In this document: one piece after another, positions 49,802-62,116 of the stretch
Layout of the letters: the number at the start of each line of letters is the position of its first letter
Position numbering within the stretch: position 1 is the stretch's first letter
Source: Candidatus Latescibacterota bacterium
GTDB taxonomy: Bacteria > Latescibacterota > UBA2968 > GCA-2709665
Reading direction: 5' to 3'
Assembly: GCA_965219455.1 (NCBI GenBank)
Contig: OZ244744.1
Coordinates: 1,888,001 to 1,952,000 of the forward strand
DNA length: 64,000 bases
Translations under genes and position numbers: made by a program
The notes under the pieces: model-generated
What the model was told of the DNA's origin: nothing
Seen by the model: only the letters and a program-made list of their open reading frames with translations
Databases searched by the model: none

Positions 49802-50665
49802 CTACTCGGAAAGTCGCTCGTCCACCTCCTGCATCAGCCGCAACCAATCCACGTGGGTTTTCGCCACCCGCTCCGGATGTGCCCTGCTTCGCGCGACGAA
49901 TCCTGGCACCTCGTCCCGCCCCGTGGGTTTCGATGGATCCGAGTATCGAACATCCAGGCTCCAGCGGATGCGGTCCGTCCGATTCGGAAAGGACCGGTGC
50001 GCCGTCTTGTGCTGGAACACCACCAGACCGCCCTTTCGCACCGGACAGGCGACAGGCCGCCCCTCGGGAACCCACCCCGCGAGGATCCCCTCGTTCGGAT
50101 AATCCGGGAGTTCGCCGTGCGGGCGAAGACCGGACCGGTGGCTTCCCGGAATCACCTCCAGGCATCCGTTTTTTACCGTAACGTCCACCAGCGGAATCCA
50201 GAAGTTCACCATAAAGGTCGCTTCCGCGTCCGGGTGCAGAAAACCCAGGTCCTGGTGCCACGGGATCTGCGACCGGGTTTCGTTGGGCATCTTCGCCTGG
50301 CAGTTGAACTGGGGATGGGCAAGGATCTCCGGCCCGATGACCGATTCCACGATATCCAGGATCGCCGGGCAGGTGATGAGTGAAAACATCCCGGCCGTCT
50401 TCAGGCGCTTGCCGGTCACCTCCCTTTCGATCTCGGACGGATCGTCCGTTGCGTCGGAGATACGCGTCAGTCGCCGGTCAAAGGGTGCGCCCTCGAACGG
50501 ATCGCACAGCCTTCCTTCCGAAACGGCCTCCCGCGCCTTCCGGTCGATCCCCGCCGTGATGTCGTCGATCAGCGGCTGCAGATCCGCCGGTGACAGCACA
50601 TCCTCCAGCAGCAGGAATCCGTCATCAAGATAGGCGGAAAGCTGATCCGCGCCCAGGCCGGCCAT
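49802..50665 (-). CDS. PhyH family dioxygenase
   Basis: PWHQD, NGCLEVIPGSH and HRS.PN.T..R motifs. Confidence 0.9.
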   Translation of the reverse strand: MAGLGADQLSAYLDDGFLLLEDVLSPADLQPLIDDITAGIDRKAREAVSEGRLCDPFEGAPFDRRLTRISDATDDPSEIEREVTGKRLKTAGMFSLITCPAILDIVESVIGPEILAHPQFNCQAKMPNETRSQIPWHQDLGFLHPDAEATFMVNFWIPLVDVTVKNGCLEVIPGSHRSGLRPHGELPDYPNEGILAGWVPEGRPVACPVRKGGLVVFQHKTAHRSFPNRTDRIRWSLDVRYSDPSKPTGRDEVPGFVARSRAHPERVAKTHVDWLRLMQEVDERLSE

Positions 50666-50744
50666 AGACGTTCTCTCGAAATTCTTCAGAAATTCACAGA
50701 TTGATACCACGGGTACACCGACCGGGAGCATTTCCGATCTGAGC

Positions 50745-53700
50745 TTATCCCACCGCCCGGAACGCCGTGACCGACCCCCTTGAGGTGGCGCACACGACCC
50801 GGTCGCCGTCCGCCCGGAGGTGCGTGACTTCGCCGTCGACCCGATCCCCTGCGACCAGGCCGCCGTCCGCGTCATAGGTCCGGATTTCGCCCGTGTCGAA
50901 ACCCACCAGGACTTTCAATCCTCCATTGCCCTGCGCGGTCGTCAGCCACGTGATCTTGTCCACCAGGTCCCGCCGCCACAGGACCTCGCCATCCCCAGCG
51001 ATGCAGGCCAGCTGGCCCGCGTCGCTGGCCGCGATCACCTCCGGACGACCATCTCCGTTCACGTCCGCGAGGGCGATGTCCTCCACTTCCCCACCCATAT
51101 TCACGCGCCATGAGAGGGCCCCCATCCTGCCAGGTTTGCTGCTGTACGTCCCCGGCCCCGCAAACTTGCCGCTGCCGCCCAGGCCGGTCTGGCCGAACAA
51201 CTCCCCGCTCGACGCCGCGTTCACCGCCCGCCAGTCTCCATAGACGACCTCTATCGCCCCGTCTCCGTCCAGATCGGCCGCGAGAATCGTCGGTGAGACA
51301 CAGCCCGTGCTTTGCCGCCAGCGCGCCGTCCCATCGGGATTGAGACAATTGATCGTATAATACTCGGTGCCCACCAGGATCTCGTCCTTTCCGTCGCCGT
51401 CCAGGTCCACGGCCAGGCACCCGGTGATGCAGTGATAGTGGGTTTCGGTCTGCCACTTCAGCGTCCCGTCCGCCTCAAACGCGTGGAACAGCCATCCCTC
51501 GGCGCCGGCCAGCACCTGCTTCCGGCCGTCGCCGTCCAGATCGGCCGATGAAATGGTCGTCAGCCGTTGCGGGCGCATGCCGCTTCCCGGCGGAAACTCG
51601 TGCGTCCAGCGCGGTTCACCCCCGGCGTCCAGAACGTACAGCCGGCAATCCCGCGTTCCGACGATTGCCTCCGGCGCGCCGTCGCCGTCGATATCCGCCA
51701 GGTGTACGGCTCGTACTTCGCCCTCCGCCTCGAACGACCACGCCCGGGCGCCGTCCGCGCCAAGGAGGTGAACGCCCCCGTTAACCGTTCCCGCGAGCGT
51801 CAGGCCCGATCCATCCGTGGCCACCGCCGTCACACCCACTCCAGCGTCGAACGTCCATGCGGGCTCCAGCCCGGTTCGGGAGACAAGCTCCCTGTCGACG
51901 GACACGGATCCTTCACGGTAGGACGTCGGCTCCCGAAACGCCCGGTCGAACGTCCCGCGCGCGCGGGGCAGGACCTCAAGGTCGTGCCGGCCGGCCGGCA
52001 GCGTGAACCAGAGCAGCTTGCCCTCGCCGCCACCGGAAATCGGTTCGCCGTTCAGACGGACGGCTTCGGCGCGGATGCCCACCCGGGTCTCGGTGCGGGT
52101 CTCGACAACCCCCACGCCGTTGGCCAGATCCATCTCCACCGTCACGGGCGCCCAACTCCGGAACAACGGTCCTTCCCACGATAGCGTGGTGCCCTCCACC
52201 AGGGCGAACCCGTCTCTGTCGACCCGGAACAGCTCAGCCTCCACCTCCAGGTCGCCCGATCTGAACGCCCCCGCTCCGGCCATCACCGCCTCGTCGGACC
52301 GTTTATCCCGGACCAGCGCAACGGACGGTCCCACCCGCTCAAGGTCGAAACCCTGATCCATCTCCGAATTGGACGGATACAGCAGGTTCACGTACGCAGT
52401 CTGTTCACCGGCGTCCAACGCGACCCGCTTCGTCTGGTGCCACATCCTCACCGTCCCGTCCGCGTGCTCGTAATTCTCCCAGTTGTTTTCCCAGTCCGGC
52501 GCGAAGTCGGCCTCCCGGTCCGTCAATGATTTCTCGGAGTCGTCCGCATTCACAATGTGAAACCGCTCGCCGTCCTGCTCGAGGCGCAACTCGTTTTCTT
52601 CCTCCTCCGTCCGCCCAAGCACCCGCCAGATCCCGTCCAGGAGAAAGTCTCCGTCCTCGAGCGCGTCTACCGTATCGATCACCAGAAAATACGATCCCTT
52701 TCGCCAGAAGATATTACGCGCCCAGTCCGTTCCATTGTCCCCGGGCGAAACCGTCCGGCTGTAGCCCCATTTCTCGAAATCACCGATCGCCCTGAGCGCC
52801 ACCTGGGCCGGCTTGGGAACACACGTCCCGTCCTTCACGATCACCACCGTGTTGTGATACCTCGCCAGCCGGCGGATGTAGTCCAGGTCCGCCAGCCAGA
52901 TCCGATCGTTCCAGCACAGGCGGATGATCGAATTGCCGTCCTCCTGAGAATGAGAAAAACCCGTCGGCCCGTCGATCAGAAGATACTCACTGCGCCTGTC
53001 GAAGCTGCGCCGGAACGCCAGTTTGTCGAACGCCTCCGCAAGGGGAACATCCGATTCCGGCAGAGGGTCACCGTGGTATTGCCCCGTATTCCGTGCCCGT
53101 TCCCTTGCAAATTCATGCGCGGCCCCGTCCAGCATGGACGCGCGAACCCCCAGCAGTTCCGTGGGTTCCACCGGCGCCACGTCCTTGAAGAAAAATCCAT
53201 CGTACACCTCCCATCCGCCGATCCCCCAGTTCCTGTCCCGCCGGAAGGACTCCCTCCACTCCTGCCCCTGCTCCAACCAATCGTACAGCCACCGGTAGCG
53301 CCCGTCGTTGTAGAACCACGCGCCGACCGCCGCGGTCTGCAATCCGCTCGGACGGCTTGCCCGGGCTGCCCGGTAGGCGCCGACGTCACCATACGAGCAG
53401 TCGTCGCCCCGGCTGTCGATGGTAAGCACTGCGCTATCCAGCAGGCGGGCAAGATGACCGTCTTCCAGGTACGCAAGATCGTCCGTCATCAGGCCGTACT
53501 TGATCAGATGCCCTGGCGTGATCCAGACGTACCCGGTGCCCGCGTTGTCGTTGGGCTTGTACGACCGGGCATGCAGTTCCAGAGTCCGATGCGCCAGGGG
53601 CAGCTTTTCGTCGAAATCCGTGAGCCCGTAGTACTTCTTGAAATACCTCGCCCCGGTGAACAGACTCAACGCTGCGAAGCTCTGGTGGTTCTGGTTCTGG

Positions 53701-54611
53701 ACCACGTCGTCCACGGACTTGAATCGGAAGTGGGTCAGCTCGGCCGTCCACCGGATGATATTGTAGATCGCATTTGTCATCTTCAGCCGGTCCGCGTCGC
53801 TCAACACGTCCCCCTCCTCCATCACGTCCCAGGCCGTCAGCATGCGGTAGATCCAGAAGTACAGATGCGTCCCCTGCGACAGGCACCAGTCTCCGGCCTC
53901 ATGCGCCAGATCGATGAAATGCAGGAATTCCTCCCTGAAAATCCGACCCCAGACATCCTGGCCCGACAGATAGTACAGCATGGCGTGGTCCACCATGCGG
54001 CGCAGCGGCCCCTGGCTGCCGGAAAGCGCCACCTGTTCGTTCACGGCATCGATGATCTTCCTGGCCTCGGCTTCCGTGGGCGCGGACTCCGGGTTCTGCC
54101 GCGATACCGACCGGTTGATCCGTCCGATGCGCGGCCCTTCCGCTTCGAGGATTTTGATGAATTGGTCCACCGCTCGCGCCACCCCTTCGAGCGTACTTCC
54201 TCCCAGCAGGACCACGTTCCGGCCCGTCCCGAAGGGATTGTGGACCGTTCTTACTTCGTACCCGTCCCCGCCGGGGTAATATTCGTCCGTCCAGGCGTAA
54301 AAATTCATCCCCAGGCGCCGGATCGCCCGGTTGGTGAATACGTTACCCGCGGCGACAATATGCGCCGCCTCCCAATCCCTCTCGCTGATCTCCGACGCGG
54401 ACCGGACTTCCGCCCCGCCGCCGAGGGCCTGCGCGATCGCGCCGCCGATCTTCTCTCCGGCCTGGCCATCGGGCGCCGCCACCAGCACATCGCCAGACAG
54501 GTCCGTTTCAAGCCGGAGATCTTTCAGCGTCGGGATCTCCTTGTTCACGATCTCGATATCGTACGACTCCTGCCGCCGTCTCCGCGCGCTGCGACGTCCT
54601 GTTTCAGCCAT
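50745..54611 (-). CDS. Heparinase II/III-like + FG-GAP propeller protein, paralog 3 (divergent)
   Basis: NQNHQS.AAL, FDKLAFR..EYLLIDG...SHSQEDGNSI and multiple DLDGDG repeats; GAGGTG RBS. Confidence 0.72.
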   Translation of the reverse strand: MAETGRRSARRRRQESYDIEIVNKEIPTLKDLRLETDLSGDVLVAAPDGQAGEKIGGAIAQALGGGAEVRSASEISERDWEAAHIVAAGNVFTNRAIRRLGMNFYAWTDEYYPGGDGYEVRTVHNPFGTGRNVVLLGGSTLEGVARAVDQFIKILEAEGPRIGRINRSVSRQNPESAPTEAEARKIIDAVNEQVALSGSQGPLRRMVDHAMLYYLSGQDVWGRIFREEFLHFIDLAHEAGDWCLSQGTHLYFWIYRMLTAWDVMEEGDVLSDADRLKMTNAIYNIIRWTAELTHFRFKSVDDVVQNQNHQSFAALSLFTGARYFKKYYGLTDFDEKLPLAHRTLELHARSYKPNDNAGTGYVWITPGHLIKYGLMTDDLAYLEDGHLARLLDSAVLTIDSRGDDCSYGDVGAYRAARASRPSGLQTAAVGAWFYNDGRYRWLYDWLEQGQEWRESFRRDRNWGIGGWEVYDGFFFKDVAPVEPTELLGVRASMLDGAAHEFARERARNTGQYHGDPLPESDVPLAEAFDKLAFRRSFDRRSEYLLIDGPTGFSHSQEDGNSIIRLCWNDRIWLADLDYIRRLARYHNTVVIVKDGTCVPKPAQVALRAIGDFEKWGYSRTVSPGDNGTDWARNIFWRKGSYFLVIDTVDALEDGDFLLDGIWRVLGRTEEEENELRLEQDGERFHIVNADDSEKSLTDREADFAPDWENNWENYEHADGTVRMWHQTKRVALDAGEQTAYVNLLYPSNSEMDQGFDLERVGPSVALVRDKRSDEAVMAGAGAFRSGDLEVEAELFRVDRDGFALVEGTTLSWEGPLFRSWAPVTVEMDLANGVGVVETRTETRVGIRAEAVRLNGEPISGGGEGKLLWFTLPAGRHDLEVLPRARGTFDRAFREPTSYREGSVSVDRELVSRTGLEPAWTFDAGVGVTAVATDGSGLTLAGTVNGGVHLLGADGARAWSFEAEGEVRAVHLADIDGDGAPEAIVGTRDCRLYVLDAGGEPRWTHEFPPGSGMRPQRLTTISSADLDGDGRKQVLAGAEGWLFHAFEADGTLKWQTETHYHCITGCLAVDLDGDGKDEILVGTEYYTINCLNPDGTARWRQSTGCVSPTILAADLDGDGAIEVVYGDWRAVNAASSGELFGQTGLGGSGKFAGPGTYSSKPGRMGALSWRVNMGGEVEDIALADVNGDGRPEVIAASDAGQLACIAGDGEVLWRRDLVDKITWLTTAQGNGGLKVLVGFDTGEIRTYDADGGLVAGDRVDGEVTHLRADGDRVVCATSRGSVTAFRAVG

Positions 54612-54717
54612 TGTTTTCACCTCAATGATTCCCCAAGCATCGGTTGTCAGGGGAGATCGAAATGCGAAAAATTCGTTCACATCATGACGAGAATCGGGTG
54701 GGAGTCCTGTTCGATTC

Positions 54718-55095
54718 CTATACAGTCGCACGATCGGCAACGTCGGGCGATCGCGCATTCTCCAGCAGCTTTAAACATAGAGATCGCATCATCTCAAGTT
54801 CGTGAAGGTACTCGCGCTGCGCTTCTTCTGCCGGCAAACTGTCGAAAAGATCGGTTAGTTGTATCCCGTGGCTCATAACCGCATTGGCCTGTCGGTTTCG
54901 AAGGTGCTTTCGGACGTAGAGACAGTTATCCGCATGATAGAAGCGCTGAATTGCTTCTGTTGCGTTGAGAATCCCTGCGGCCAATGATTGCACCATGCCC
55001 AGATTCAGAAGTGCGAAGAATTCCAGTTGGTCTGTCACACCAGTGTCACGGCTCGTGTCTGAAAGCACAATGCGAAATGGATAGGTCTGCTTCAT
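54718..55095 (-). CDS. DUF3969-like immunity protein
   Basis: QLE.F.L.LG....L..G......EA....Y..G.QL.D helical pattern; ATGA overlap with the upstream gene. Confidence 0.6.
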   Translation of the reverse strand: MKQTYPFRIVLSDTSRDTGVTDQLEFFALLNLGMVQSLAAGILNATEAIQRFYHADNCLYVRKHLRNRQANAVMSHGIQLTDLFDSLPAEEAQREYLHELEMMRSLCLKLLENARSPDVADRATV

Positions 55096-55340
55096 GGCAT
55101 TGTCGTCCTTGAATAGTATTTGACACCGGCAACGCTGCCGGATTCGTGCTCGAAATAATGAGCTTCGCCGAGATTTCCCTGCCTGATAACCTTTCTCCAC
55201 CTGCTGCGACGCAAACGCCGCAATTCACGATGCACTGCCCGGTTACGTACGGGATATTTGAGGGTACCTCCCCGGTCGGGCATCCAATTCTGCGGCAACG
55301 ATCCGGACGCATAGATGTCCGGATACAGGTTGAGCGGCAT
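55092..55340 (-). CDS. Small basic protein resembling a polymorphic-toxin tip
   Basis: L....G/SRW.KV...G...HYF.H.SG.V..VK pattern; AAGGA RBS. Confidence 0.55.
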   Translation of the reverse strand: MPLNLYPDIYASGSLPQNWMPDRGGTLKYPVRNRAVHRELRRLRRSRWRKVIRQGNLGEAHYFEHESGSVAGVKYYSRTTMP

Positions 55341-55680
55341 TCGTATCCTTTAGCAAAATGGTTCAAACTTCGTACGAACCATTCGGCGAAACCAGTTGCG
55401 TCTGGTCTTCTTGTTGCGGTTGCAGAATGCTCTCCATTTGTGACCGGTAATGGAGTCACAGGAGAATGGAAATCATCGCCGGTCGATCACTGAGGCAGGT
55501 GGCTCGGGTTATAAGAAGGTGTTTCAAAAAGGTAAAGGAGTAAAGGAAGAATTGATAGTGCGGATTTATCTATTCGAATTCAGGTCGACCTGCGCCTGAA
55601 CGGAAACGATGGATACGCAAAGGTATTATCCGAGAATCTCGACTGAAACGCAAGGCAGCTTCCTTTCAAACCGATGGTAG

Positions 55681-58089
55681 TCAAAGCGCTTCGATAAGCG
55701 TTCCGGCCGCCACAAAGGTATCCTTCGCCTCGCCGCGAGCGTCGAACGTGGCGGCGCCGACCTCGCCGTCGGTCCTGATGCCCGCTCCCGTCAGGACCCG
55801 GCCCGCTGCCGGTTGCAGGAGTACAGCCGCATGGCCGGCGGCCAGGGGAAGGGTGACCGCATACCCGCCGTCAATCTCCACCAATTCGGCCTCGCCGTTC
55901 AATTCTTCAGCCGACCGATGCGGCCTCAGGACCGTCACGAACGTCTGTTCGCCTGCAGGCGAGGAAGGAATTGCCGTCAGGTGATACTCGACAAGCTGGA
56001 TCCGGGCCCGAGGCGGCGGATCGAACCGGTCGGTCTGGCTCACCGCAAGCCCGTTGGGATAAAGGAACGACACCTGGCATCCGGCGCCGCCGTTGACCAC
56101 CCGAACGTCCCGCTGGTTCCGGACATCCATCTCCACGGGGGCGTGCAGGCGCCATTCGAAACTCGCGGGTTCGGGCGCATGCAACGTATCGAAGATGAGG
56201 ATTGCTTCCGGCTTCACGAAAAGGATGCGGCGGGTAAACCTCTCGAGTTTGCCCGCGTAGGCGCCGCCCGCCTCTCCCGCCACGTAGTCGAAAGTTTCGG
56301 AGGTGTGGAAATCCAGGATCTCGCCCGCTGCTTCGCTGGCGTTCGGTATCTGCCCCTCACCGTTGACGGTGATGTTATTCACCGACTTTGTATGGTGCAT
56401 CCATTGTCTGTGGTGCGCGCTGCCGTGGATGTCGCGGCGTCCGGTGCGAATCAGCAACCGCTCTCCGAAGGCGTAGAGCAGGAACGAATTCTGAGCTTCG
56501 TACCCGTGGCTGTGTGATCCTAACGGGCTGCTCTTGAAGATCAGCTCCACGTTGTTGCGGGCATCCTCCAGATCGGTGTTGAAAACGGCCTGGCCGGTAC
56601 CCCGGAAGCAGCGAGACGTCGGCAGGTCAACCGGCCGCTTTGCCTCCACCCGGGGCAGCGCGCCCCGGACAAAGCCGATATAACCGGGCTCGGAAGGCAA
56701 CTCACCGTGCGCCTCAACGTACCATTGCCAGTACGGATTCCGTGCCATTGCAGAAAAAAGGGCCATAACGCCGCGATTCTGCCCGGATTCGAGGTGGGCC
56801 GTCAGATCCCCGAAACCGCCGCCTCGCGTACCCGGCGGTTGGAGATACATCGGATAATAGCCGACCTTTGAGAAATAGGGCTTATTGAAGGCATCGATGC
56901 CCATTGCCTCCCGCATAATGTCCGCCCACCAGGTGAATCGCTGGATGTAACTCCGCCAGTAGCCCATGCCCTGGTGCCAGCCCCCGTCATCGTCACTCCA
57001 CACCGGATACGTGTTGGCGAACACGTTCGCGGCGAACCACGCCCAGTCCGCGGCCTCGGGAATCTCGTCCAGAAACGCAATGCCCACCTCTCCCAGAAAA
57101 TGCCAGGACCGGGTATCGTGGCTCCCGTACGGACGCCAGAGGAAACGCGGACAGAGATGCGCGGACATTTCCCTGCCCCGAACGGTCATCATTCTGCGGC
57201 ACCGCTCCCGTTCGTCTTCCGTCAGCAGATCATTGAGATAGCTGTACGTCCGGGAGAAATAGTACGCGTAGGGCATCCCGGCTTCATCGTTATACCGAAA
57301 TCCCGTCGCCCCTTTCGGATCCCATTCGGCGCAGGCCATCAGCAATTCCCGGGCAAGTTGGCCGTACTCCTCCCGACCTCCCAACAGCCGGGTGAAAGCC
57401 AGTGTCGCCGCGCCGTTCAGAACGGCGATGGTATACTCCCGGTTCGGCCACCAGATCGCCCGCCACGCCTCACTGAGCCGCACCGTCCCTTCGGGATAGA
57501 GCGGCGGCTCTTCGGTGGGCGGCGGATTCTCGAGCAATTTCTCCGAGGCGGCCACGAGTTCCTCGTATTTGGCCGCCAGGTCCGTTCTGGCGCGCTGTCG
57601 CAGTTCCGGCACCTGTTCCGGCCTTACGAACAGCCGTGGATGGCTCTTTGGTACTCGCGCCAGGAGGTCGTCGCGGGAAGGCAGCGGAAGCGCGTTCGCG
57701 TCCTCCGCAACGCTGAACATCCTCACCGTGCTCCATTCGGACGTCTCTCCAGCCCGATCGGTAAAGCGGAATCGCCAGAACCAGCGACCCGGCGTCAGGG
57801 TGCGGGGTGGGCAGTGGACGTTGAACGTCACCCCCGTCGCCTCGTACTCCACGTCTGCAAAGCTGCTATCCCGCACGCACTGAACGTCGTAGCTCGCAGC
57901 GTCCTCCTGCGGCCGCCAGGAAAAACCCGGGGGCGTCACCTGAGAGACGCTCCCTTCCGCGGGACGAAAACCCCACTCGCCCGGTTGGCCGGGCGTCTCG
58001 TCGATCTCGGGACGCCCGGCTGCAAGCGTCCGTGACGCCGCCATCAGCAGCAGCAGCGCTCCTCCAATAATGACCAGAATCCCCATCAT
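55681..58089 (-). CDS. DUF4962 + heparinase II/III lyase (PL15-like), secreted
   Basis: Signal peptide; HPRLF, YNDE, DGGWHQG.GYW and SHSH...QNSF motifs; AAGGAG RBS. Confidence 0.82.
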   Translation of the reverse strand: MMGILVIIGGALLLLMAASRTLAAGRPEIDETPGQPGEWGFRPAEGSVSQVTPPGFSWRPQEDAASYDVQCVRDSSFADVEYEATGVTFNVHCPPRTLTPGRWFWRFRFTDRAGETSEWSTVRMFSVAEDANALPLPSRDDLLARVPKSHPRLFVRPEQVPELRQRARTDLAAKYEELVAASEKLLENPPPTEEPPLYPEGTVRLSEAWRAIWWPNREYTIAVLNGAATLAFTRLLGGREEYGQLARELLMACAEWDPKGATGFRYNDEAGMPYAYYFSRTYSYLNDLLTEDERERCRRMMTVRGREMSAHLCPRFLWRPYGSHDTRSWHFLGEVGIAFLDEIPEAADWAWFAANVFANTYPVWSDDDGGWHQGMGYWRSYIQRFTWWADIMREAMGIDAFNKPYFSKVGYYPMYLQPPGTRGGGFGDLTAHLESGQNRGVMALFSAMARNPYWQWYVEAHGELPSEPGYIGFVRGALPRVEAKRPVDLPTSRCFRGTGQAVFNTDLEDARNNVELIFKSSPLGSHSHGYEAQNSFLLYAFGERLLIRTGRRDIHGSAHHRQWMHHTKSVNNITVNGEGQIPNASEAAGEILDFHTSETFDYVAGEAGGAYAGKLERFTRRILFVKPEAILIFDTLHAPEPASFEWRLHAPVEMDVRNQRDVRVVNGGAGCQVSFLYPNGLAVSQTDRFDPPPRARIQLVEYHLTAIPSSPAGEQTFVTVLRPHRSAEELNGEAELVEIDGGYAVTLPLAAGHAAVLLQPAAGRVLTGAGIRTDGEVGAATFDARGEAKDTFVAAGTLIEAL

Positions 58090-58206
58090 CCTGTAACTCC
58101 TTTCGAACAACCTTGAAGATGCGATCGCCAGGCCCATTCGGGAATCCACTGGAAAAGCCCCTTCATTTTTGCCATGTCCTCCGGTGAGATAGAATCCCCC
58201 CTCCCA

Positions 58207-58880
58207 CTAACGTCCCCTATTCCCTTGCCCTTTTTCTTGCTTCGCCCAAGAAAAAGGGCGAAAAAGAAGGGCGCCGCTCGGCGCGGGGCCGGTTTTTCCG
58301 TGAATCACCTCACGGGCATAAATGGGAATTGGGTGCCCCGCGAGCCGTTACGTTGTACCAATACAACGGTGTTGGACGGATTAACACGGAAAAACCCCCA
58401 TCTCCACCTCCGGACGGGCCTGAGGTAGACCCATAAGGATCGCCGCTCGGTTCAACATTTGTACCGTCTTTACCTGTCCGCTGATAGCTCGCCCTCAGAT
58501 AGGCATTCCGTTGTCAAACGCGAGGTTCCCGGCGAGCACTCCCAGAGCACAGCGTGTAGTCCCGTCCAGCACAGAGGATCGTTGTTCTTCCGTGGCTGGC
58601 AGGGCAAAATCCCCGGTAGGCCCTCAAAGGGTATTCGCGCGGTGGATATGGCAGGTCCCGCGCCCAGCGGCGACTTTTGGTTCCTTTTGGTCGCTTCAAA
58701 AGGAACACGCCGTAGGCAGGGAATTTGGGGAGATGTGAATGTTGAATTTGGTTTTACCCTTTTATTTTCGTTCCCCCGCCGCCGGAGGCGCGGAGCCGGG
58801 GGGAGAGGTCCCGGGATCGAGGGTATCCTGCCCTCGACACGCCGAAGATGCAATTGTAGGGGCGACCCTTGTGGTCGCCC
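58207..58880. repeat. Composite intergenic repeat cluster 2, including a ~480-bp hairpin-ended element
   Basis: 93-bp block shared with 45032; inverted repeats 58270-58290/58654-58674 (18/21); terminal hairpins 58227-58259 and 58680-58707; REP2 58811-58838; GTAG REP 58856-58880. Confidence 0.75.
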
Positions 58881-58948
58881 ACGTAATGGCGCCGACGTCG
58901 ACGAATGATTTCGCGGGTCCGTTTCGCTAACCGGTTTTGGCTGATGGC

Positions 58949-60930
<1,982 letters not shown>

Positions 60931-61031
60931 TAACAGCTAATCGCTGATAGCTGGGTCTCAGGGTGGTCCTCTCCCGTCTACCCTCTTACGTCTCACCGAT
61001 TCAAGCTGACAGCTGACAACCTATAGCTAAT
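60931..61031. repeat. Heptamer tandem arrays (GCTATCA family and TCTCACG family)
   Basis: 60931-60953 and 61004-61031 (AGCTGAC-like units); 60970-60997 (TCTCCCG/TCTACCC/TCTTACG/TCTCACC). Confidence 0.7.
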
Positions 61032-61043
61032 TGCCGGTTTTCA

Positions 61044-62096
61044 TCAACTGTAATATTTCGGGTTCGTCACCGTCAGAGAGGTCTCCTCCAGCGGCAATTT
61101 GACCTTCGCGCCGCCCTTCCGATGGGAAACATGGAAAGCCAGCGCGATTTCCAGTGCCTTTCGTCCGTCCTCGCCCGAGCAGGACGGCGCCTTTTCCTCC
61201 TCGATACACGTTACCAGTTCCTCGATCGCCTTTACAACACCGCTCCTGGCTTCGATATTCTGGGGAATCTTTCGCCCCACCAGCGCGCGTCCTTCATAGA
61301 CGTCTTCCGCCACGGTCCAGAGTTCGTCCACGTTGTAGCCGATCCGGATCCTGCCTTTCGTTCCCACCAGATCGAACTCGAACCCCACGGGAGATCCTTC
61401 CACCGCGTTCACGAAGGCGTGCATCCCGTTCTGAAACTGGATATACCCGCTGCCCCCCGGGTCGTCATGCGGCTTTCGCCGGCCGTCCAACCGGCCGAAC
61501 ACCCACGCCACCTCGCCACCGGACCAGAACCGCATCAGGTCGAACATGTGGGTTGCCTCGTGCACCAGTTCCGGCCCCATATTGCCCGCGATGCTGATCA
61601 ACTCCCCGATCGTGCCCCCGGCAACCAGGTCCCTTACCCGGACCATCAGTGGGTCCCACCGGTTGTGGTAGAGGACCGACAGCGTCGTATTCGCTTTTTT
61701 GCACGCTTCGATCATGCGGTCCGCTTCCGGCAGGCTGGTTGCCATCGCTTTCTCGCACAGGACCGCCTTCACGCCCGCTTCGGCGGCCGCCACCGTCATA
61801 TCGGCGTGAAGGTGCGCGTGCGTCGCCACGCTGACGATGTCCAGCGCTTCCGCCTCCAGCATGTCGCGATAATCGGCGTAGAGGCGATGCACGCCCCACC
61901 GGGCGGAAAAATCGGCCAGCCTCTCGCCATTGATATCCGCGGCGGCCACCACCTCGGTGCTGCCCACCTGGCCATAGGCGCCCGCCAGAACACCGGGCTG
62001 GGGAACCCGACCCGGCTGTCTGCGCTTCTCATCGTCCATCGTGCCGGCCATGCGCCCACAGCCGATGATTCCCACGCGGTACGTCGTCTTACTCAC
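61044..62096 (-). CDS. Gfo/Idh/MocA oxidoreductase
   Basis: RVGIIGCG, CEKAM and THMFD motifs; GTG start at 62096. Confidence 0.88.
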   Translation of the reverse strand: MSKTTYRVGIIGCGRMAGTMDDEKRRQPGRVPQPGVLAGAYGQVGSTEVVAAADINGERLADFSARWGVHRLYADYRDMLEAEALDIVSVATHAHLHADMTVAAAEAGVKAVLCEKAMATSLPEADRMIEACKKANTTLSVLYHNRWDPLMVRVRDLVAGGTIGELISIAGNMGPELVHEATHMFDLMRFWSGGEVAWVFGRLDGRRKPHDDPGGSGYIQFQNGMHAFVNAVEGSPVGFEFDLVGTKGRIRIGYNVDELWTVAEDVYEGRALVGRKIPQNIEARSGVVKAIEELVTCIEEEKAPSCSGEDGRKALEIALAFHVSHRKGGAKVKLPLEETSLTVTNPKYYS

Positions 62097-62116
62097 GTTT
62101 ACGCCCACCTCGGATT

